A DNA stretch of 64,000 nt from Klebsormidium nitens (lineage: Eukaryota; Plantae; Klebsormidiophyceae), in assembly GCA_000708835.1 (NCBI GenBank), contig DF237023.1:173654-237653 (forward strand), written 5' to 3'. The notes below the pieces were generated by a model, which made no database searches, was not told the DNA's origin, and worked only from the letters and a program-made list of their open reading frames with translations. Made by a program: the position numbers and the translations under genes. This document shows positions 61,446-64,000 of this stretch, in pieces. Position 1 is the stretch's first letter. Each line of letters starts with the position of its first letter.

Positions 61446-62984
61446 TCATGTCGGTAAAGCTCCACAAAACCGAGCTTGACTGGTCATCTCGTGGCGCACT
61501 ACTGAGCAGGTTAGCAGCAACAACAGAGAGATGGAGGCTACTTTGAGGACCCTTGGATACTTTCGAAAGCAAGACTGAGCTTGCTGAATCATCTTGAACA
61601 GCAGTTGATGCGTGAGGGCATGCTTCGTCGTTGACGCTTCCATATCATCAAACTTGCTGTTCCCTGAAGTCGCTCGGACGGCAGCGTCGGCTTTCTGTCT
61701 CTGTGCATCTGGAGTGGCGGTCCTGAAAGCTTGTTCTGCTGAAATGGTCCTTGATAGGCGTGAGAGTTTCTCCACAGCTGACTCTTCGTCGAAGTCCTGA
61801 AAAAAAGTTGTAGAGTATAAGGGTTTTATAAACCTGCTGTCACTAGGAAATCACAGGACGTCACTGAAGCGCTTTGCAGCTGAGCCTGCTGTCAACCTCG
61901 CTCGGGGCCTTAATATGCCATTGCTGTGGCTATAAGCTTGCACAACGAAGTACTATCCGGGTCGAAGAAGTTGCGTTGACACTACGTTCATCCACTCCTA
62001 GTTGAGACGTGCATAGCTGATTTATGCTACGTGCTACGTCCTCCTGCAGAGCTTGATGACTCACCTCAATTGTAATGCATTCCGCTGAGTGGTTACTACC
62101 CGCAGAGGACGGCATGCGGACTGACATGGGGCTTGATAGATCCTGATCATGAAAGTTCTCGCAGGTCTCTGAGACTGCTGGTTTTTGGGGTTCCTTCTCA
62201 GCAGAGTTCAGTCTCTTGAATCCATGAACTCTCTTGAATCCATTCCTGGTAGAACTGTCGCTTGAGGTCTCGGAAGTTTCTGGCGAGAGATGGTATATGT
62301 CCTCATCAGCGACTATGCTCCGAATGGTTTGATTGGAGGCAATAGCGGGACTATCTGCCCAGGACTCTTTCTCAGTCTCTTCCGCAGACTCTAAGTGAGA
62401 GCTTGGATTGCTTGATTCTCGGTCCTCAGTTGATTCTTCTGAGAGGCTATCTTGGCTGGTTGATGATCCCTCCGGGCGCTGTAATGTTGCAAATCGTGTA
62501 TTGGCCTCCTCCTTCTGCATTGTCGTCTGCACAACAAGACGTTAAACGGACTCATTTAATTTGATCTTGTGGTATTTGATCGACAATCTTGGCATCTGTT
62601 CAAAGAGCCTAGGACATCCTTGTCAATTTTCAACATTTTCAACCTCAGAAGGACGTATATCTAGTGTCGAGCACAAGCAGACTGAACCTTCTCCACCCGT
62701 TGACAAAAGTTACACAATTCAACAATATGAATGCTATCTTCCAGCGCTACTTCGGCTCATTGAATGGACCTTACCTTCAAAATCTTTTGAGTACCTCGGT
62801 CGATGAGGGACTGCACCAGCATAGCATCCGATGTCTTCCCACTTTTTTGACTCCCGCTTTTTCTCAGCGAACGGCTAGCTATCAGAATCTTGGCACCTGC
62901 TATGCACGTCCCTGGACAGTTTTTCGCTGGCCTTCGCTCAGGAACCACCAGCGTGCTGCTGTTCCAACCCTTCTCTCTCGACAT
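61446..62984 (-). CDS. Hypothetical S/E-rich protein with a C-terminal hydrophobic segment; both ends uncertain
   Basis: In-phase spliced ORF blocks ~62984-62775 (AAG|GTAAGG), 62526-62065 (GAG|GTGAGT) and 61796 onward (TTTTCAG|). Includes a TM-like VLKVASISLLLLLTCSV. No family recognised. Confidence 0.5.
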
Positions 62985-64000
62985 CTTCCTCTTTCTTAGA
63001 GAGGTGCAGGGGCCGCAAGAAGCAACGAATGATGAGCGGAAGTCGAGGGCCGGTTAAAGTCAGGAGTCTATAACTCACAGGCCAAAGCACTTCAAAGTCT
63101 ACTTGGATCAGCAAAATGCGGCTTTTCGAGCTCTGACATGATTGGAACTCAGGACTGGTTCGCTTTCTGGATGAGCAGCTTTGGATGCCGTCCAGTCTTG
63201 CTCACATGTTGAAGACAACGTGTTCAGAATTCTGCATCAGGCTTTTCCTCTACAGATGCTGCCGCAACCGTTCAACCGTTCTACCACCTTAACCAGCAAC
63301 GAGACCTGCACTGCCATTGCGATGCAGAGATTCCCTCAGGAAGGAAAGTACGTCTGCAAAAATGAGCTCCAGCTTCCTGAGAAGAGCGCAAAGCGGACGT
63401 CCACATCAGTTTTTGGCGAAGCCTTTGAAGATCACCGTCTTGAATGTTTGATGCAGAAATGTATGCAGCCGTTGGATGCTGAGTCTCACTTTCAGCGGAC
63501 GGTCTTTGGACGGTTTGCCAAGCGCCACGCGTACTGTATGGACTTAGGTACATGACAAAGTCTACTGGTAGATTAGATGTTGTGTCCAAGGTCTTTCGGA
63601 CACTTTGTCACGTATGCTATACAGTAATTTCTGAAAAAAAAATGTCAGTCTGTATGTCGGATTGCCAGTGAGCCCCGAATCAAAATCGGAACTCTGTCTA
63701 GAAACGGGTCATCACAAGAACTTATGGCCATGCATGGCTTCAAGAATGCGACACAGCTTGGCGACGAATCCTGCTTTTATTTAACGCACCCCTTGCATGG
63801 ATAATTCGAGTATCATCGAGTCTCCCTTTTGGCTTGATAGACGGCTACTGAGCAATTCCAATGTGGACAATACCCCTCGTAAGGTGCAAGAGTGATATGT
63901 TAAAATCAAGCACAGATGCAATGATTCAATGGACGATCCTTAACACAATTACCTCAGTGGCCGGGCACCCTCGTGGCCCCATATTGGCTTGCCTCTTCCC

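Noticed and set aside
63181-63589. 124-aa plus-strand and 102-aa minus-strand ORFs near the window end
   Set aside because: No recognisable domain and no supported link to the upstream exons.

Overview
This is a spliced eukaryotic genome segment with GT-AG introns and pyrimidine-rich acceptors. Plant-type plastid/mitochondrial genes and Root_cap-domain genes suggest a streptophyte alga, e.g. Klebsormidium-like (inference). I rebuilt exon chains by hand and checked phase at each junction. Nine host genes have full-length models: a NUDX20/24-like Nudix hydrolase, a YeeZ-like atypical SDR, a RHIP1-like protein, two secreted Cys-rich Root_cap/VWD-like proteins, a TCAIM/DUF4460-like protein, TIM8, plastid FabZ and a DNL zinc-finger (HEP/Zim17). 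A coiled-coil RING-HC protein lacks a located start, and there are also a sacsin-like first exon and a partial hypothetical gene. Between the two Root_cap genes lies an apparently intact tyrosine-recombinase (DIRS-order) retrotransposon with gag, RT-RNaseH-methyltransferase-like and YR ORFs. The two most striking observations are: (1) the pol and YR ORFs have no usable ATG, each starts at a strong phase-1 splice acceptor, and gag contains a consensus phase-1 donor, which predicts alternative splicing of one gag exon onto either enzyme; (2) both Root_cap proteins carry the mucin/VWD-type GDPH self-cleavage motif behind unrelated Cys-rich N-terminal modules. Smaller items include a two-copy MITE-like family, a 403-bp TIR element, GTAC-dense tracts and a site-II-rich bidirectional promoter between two mitochondrial genes. 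No rRNA, tRNA or CRISPR was recognised. No database searches were run, so family calls rest on recalled motifs.
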